Made by a program: the position numbers and the translations under genes
Notes under the pieces: generated by a model
Told to the model about the DNA's origin: nothing
The model's database searches: none
The model's input: the letters and a program-made list of their open reading frames with translations, nothing else
Assembly (NCBI GenBank): GCA_041736305.1
Contig: JBGSTX010000211.1
Span: 1 to 26,988, forward strand
DNA length: 26,988 nucleotides
Source: Oligoflexus sp.
GTDB taxonomy: Bacteria; Bdellovibrionota_B; Oligoflexia; Oligoflexales; Oligoflexaceae
Direction: 5' to 3'
In this document: positions 25,937 through 26,988 of the stretch, piece by piece
How the letters are laid out: each line of letters starts with the position of its first letter
Numbering within the stretch: position 1 is the first letter of the stretch

Positions 25937-26560
25937 ATGATTCAGGCGCGTTCCCTGTTTCTATTGAGCAGTTTAGTTCTAGGCGCTTATATCTCTGAGG
26001 CTCGGGCGGTCGAATGGAGCTTAGAATCCGATCGCAATGGCATCAAAATCTTCAGTAAAAAAGAAGAGAATAGCCCCGTCCTAAGCTTCAAAGGTGAGGG
26101 GATTCTCGATTTCAACTATGATGAAACATATAAAGTGCTCGCTAATCCGGCAGGATACGATAAGTGGATGCCGATGGTGAAGACCTCGCGCGTGATGAAG
26201 GTCACCTCACCTACTGAAAAAGTCGTTTACATACACATAGGCATGCCCTGGCCGGTGAAAGACCGTTTCTTCATTAACCTAGGGGTCGTGAAACAGCTCG
26301 ACAGCGACTCGCACCTCCTTGAAATCAAGTCGATTCCAAGCGAGCATTCTGATCCCGACAAAGTTGAGGGCTGGACGAATTTTTCCTACATGCGGATAAA
26401 GAAGCTCGATGGCGGCAAGCGTACCTTCCTCGAAATCGAACTCAACCAAGACCCGCGGGGCGGCGTCCCAGTATTCATGGTGAACTGGGTGCAATCATCC
26501 TGGCCACGGGATTTCTTTGAAAATATCAAAGCCTATATGAAGAAAAACTCGGGAACTTGA
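25937..26560 (+). CDS. START (lipid-binding, SRPBCC) domain protein with signal peptide
   Basis: W.L..DRNGIKIF, YDKWMP, MPWPVKDR and DPRGGVP..VN. ATG 25937 follows a GAGG SD. Confidence 0.88.
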   Translation: MIQARSLFLLSSLVLGAYISEARAVEWSLESDRNGIKIFSKKEENSPVLSFKGEGILDFNYDETYKVLANPAGYDKWMPMVKTSRVMKVTSPTEKVVYIHIGMPWPVKDRFFINLGVVKQLDSDSHLLEIKSIPSEHSDPDKVEGWTNFSYMRIKKLDGGKRTFLEIELNQDPRGGVPVFMVNWVQSSWPRDFFENIKAYMKKNSGT

Positions 26561-26563
26561 TCC

Positions 26564-26809
26564 TCACTCAGCCGAGGAAGATGAACCGAAGCTTTTCCAA
26601 AGCTTCCACCCAAGCAGCTCAATATCGCCTTGATCAGGAATCGGAGCCAGTAGCAAGCAAATCACGGCGAAAAAAGTCCACAAGAGTGCGCGTGGCCACC
26701 TCGGATGACGGCGACGAATCAAAAAAGTCAGTATCCAGGAAATTCCAAAAGCAGGTATGACATAGAAGAGAGCGAAGAAAAATGGGATGGCCGAGGTCTT
26801 TATCATCAT
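26564..26809 (-). CDS. Small membrane protein with two predicted transmembrane helices
   Basis: GGAGAG SD 7 nt before ATG 26809. Two hydrophobic stretches separated by RRRHPRWPR. Confidence 0.55.
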   Translation of the reverse strand: MMIKTSAIPFFFALFYVIPAFGISWILTFLIRRRHPRWPRALLWTFFAVICLLLAPIPDQGDIELLGWKLWKSFGSSSSAE

Positions 26810-26822
26810 AGATATGCTCTCC

Positions 26823-26861
26823 AAAAAAAAGCCCCTGTGAATAGGTATCACAGGGGCTTTT
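26823..26861 (-). terminator. Strong intrinsic terminator after thioredoxin
   Basis: AAAAGCCCCTGTGA-7 nt-TCACAGGGGCTTTT, with an 8-U tract on the minus strand. Confidence 0.85.
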
Positions 26862-26888
26862 CAGTTTACTGTCAAGAGAGGCAAATCT

Positions 26889-26988
26889 TTAGAGAGCCCG
26901 CTCAATCATTTTCTGGAGATTTTGGGGTGGCTGAGCTCCGACCACCGAGTCCGTAACTTTCCCGCTTTTAAACATAACCAGATAAGGT
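26889..26988 (-). CDS. C-terminal end of thioredoxin (gene begins beyond the window)
   Basis: The minus frame reads PYLVMFKSGKVTDSVVGAQPPQNLQKMIERAL*, matching the thioredoxin cis-Pro/FK.G..V...VGA C-terminus. The CxxC site is not visible. Confidence 0.8.
   Translation of the reverse strand, partial: PYLVMFKSGKVTDSVVGAQPPQNLQKMIERAL

Noticed and set aside
1-26988. CRISPR arrays, tRNA/rRNA genes and the many short antisense ORFs in the track
   Set aside because: No repeat-spacer periodicity or tRNA/rRNA signatures were seen. The short ORFs are shadows of longer, motif-supported genes.

Overview
Bacterial chromosomal window, roughly 50% GC by eye. The large Cys-containing lipoproteins and gene style suggest Oligoflexia/Bdellovibrionota, which is inference only. 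The left ~10 kb is a decaying accessory patch. It holds the 3' tip and terminal hairpin of a probable IscB (IS200/IS605-family) element, an intact three-gene cassette (small protein, double-domain KaiC-like ATPase, hybrid histidine kinase), and four broken genes: an iorB-like fragment, an AAA_14 ATPase remnant hidden from the ORF track, a Ser/Thr kinase fragment and a frameshifted solute-binding protein. It also contains a 52-bp near-perfect palindrome. The right ~17 kb looks intact: a ~1290-aa lipoprotein with a DUF481 barrel, rsgA, a lipoprotein with an OmpA-family protein, an RluA-family synthase, a DesA3-like desaturase, iorAB with a di-heme partner, a putative Na+/H+ antiporter, a START protein and the 3' end of thioredoxin. 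The best new observations are a leader-peptide translational attenuator upstream of rsgA (12-aa uORF, anti-SD and anti-anti-SD helices), the KaiA/KaiB-less KaiC signalling cassette, the IscB end with a candidate ATGAA TAM, and a ~150-nt rod-like structured RNA candidate upstream of the desaturase.
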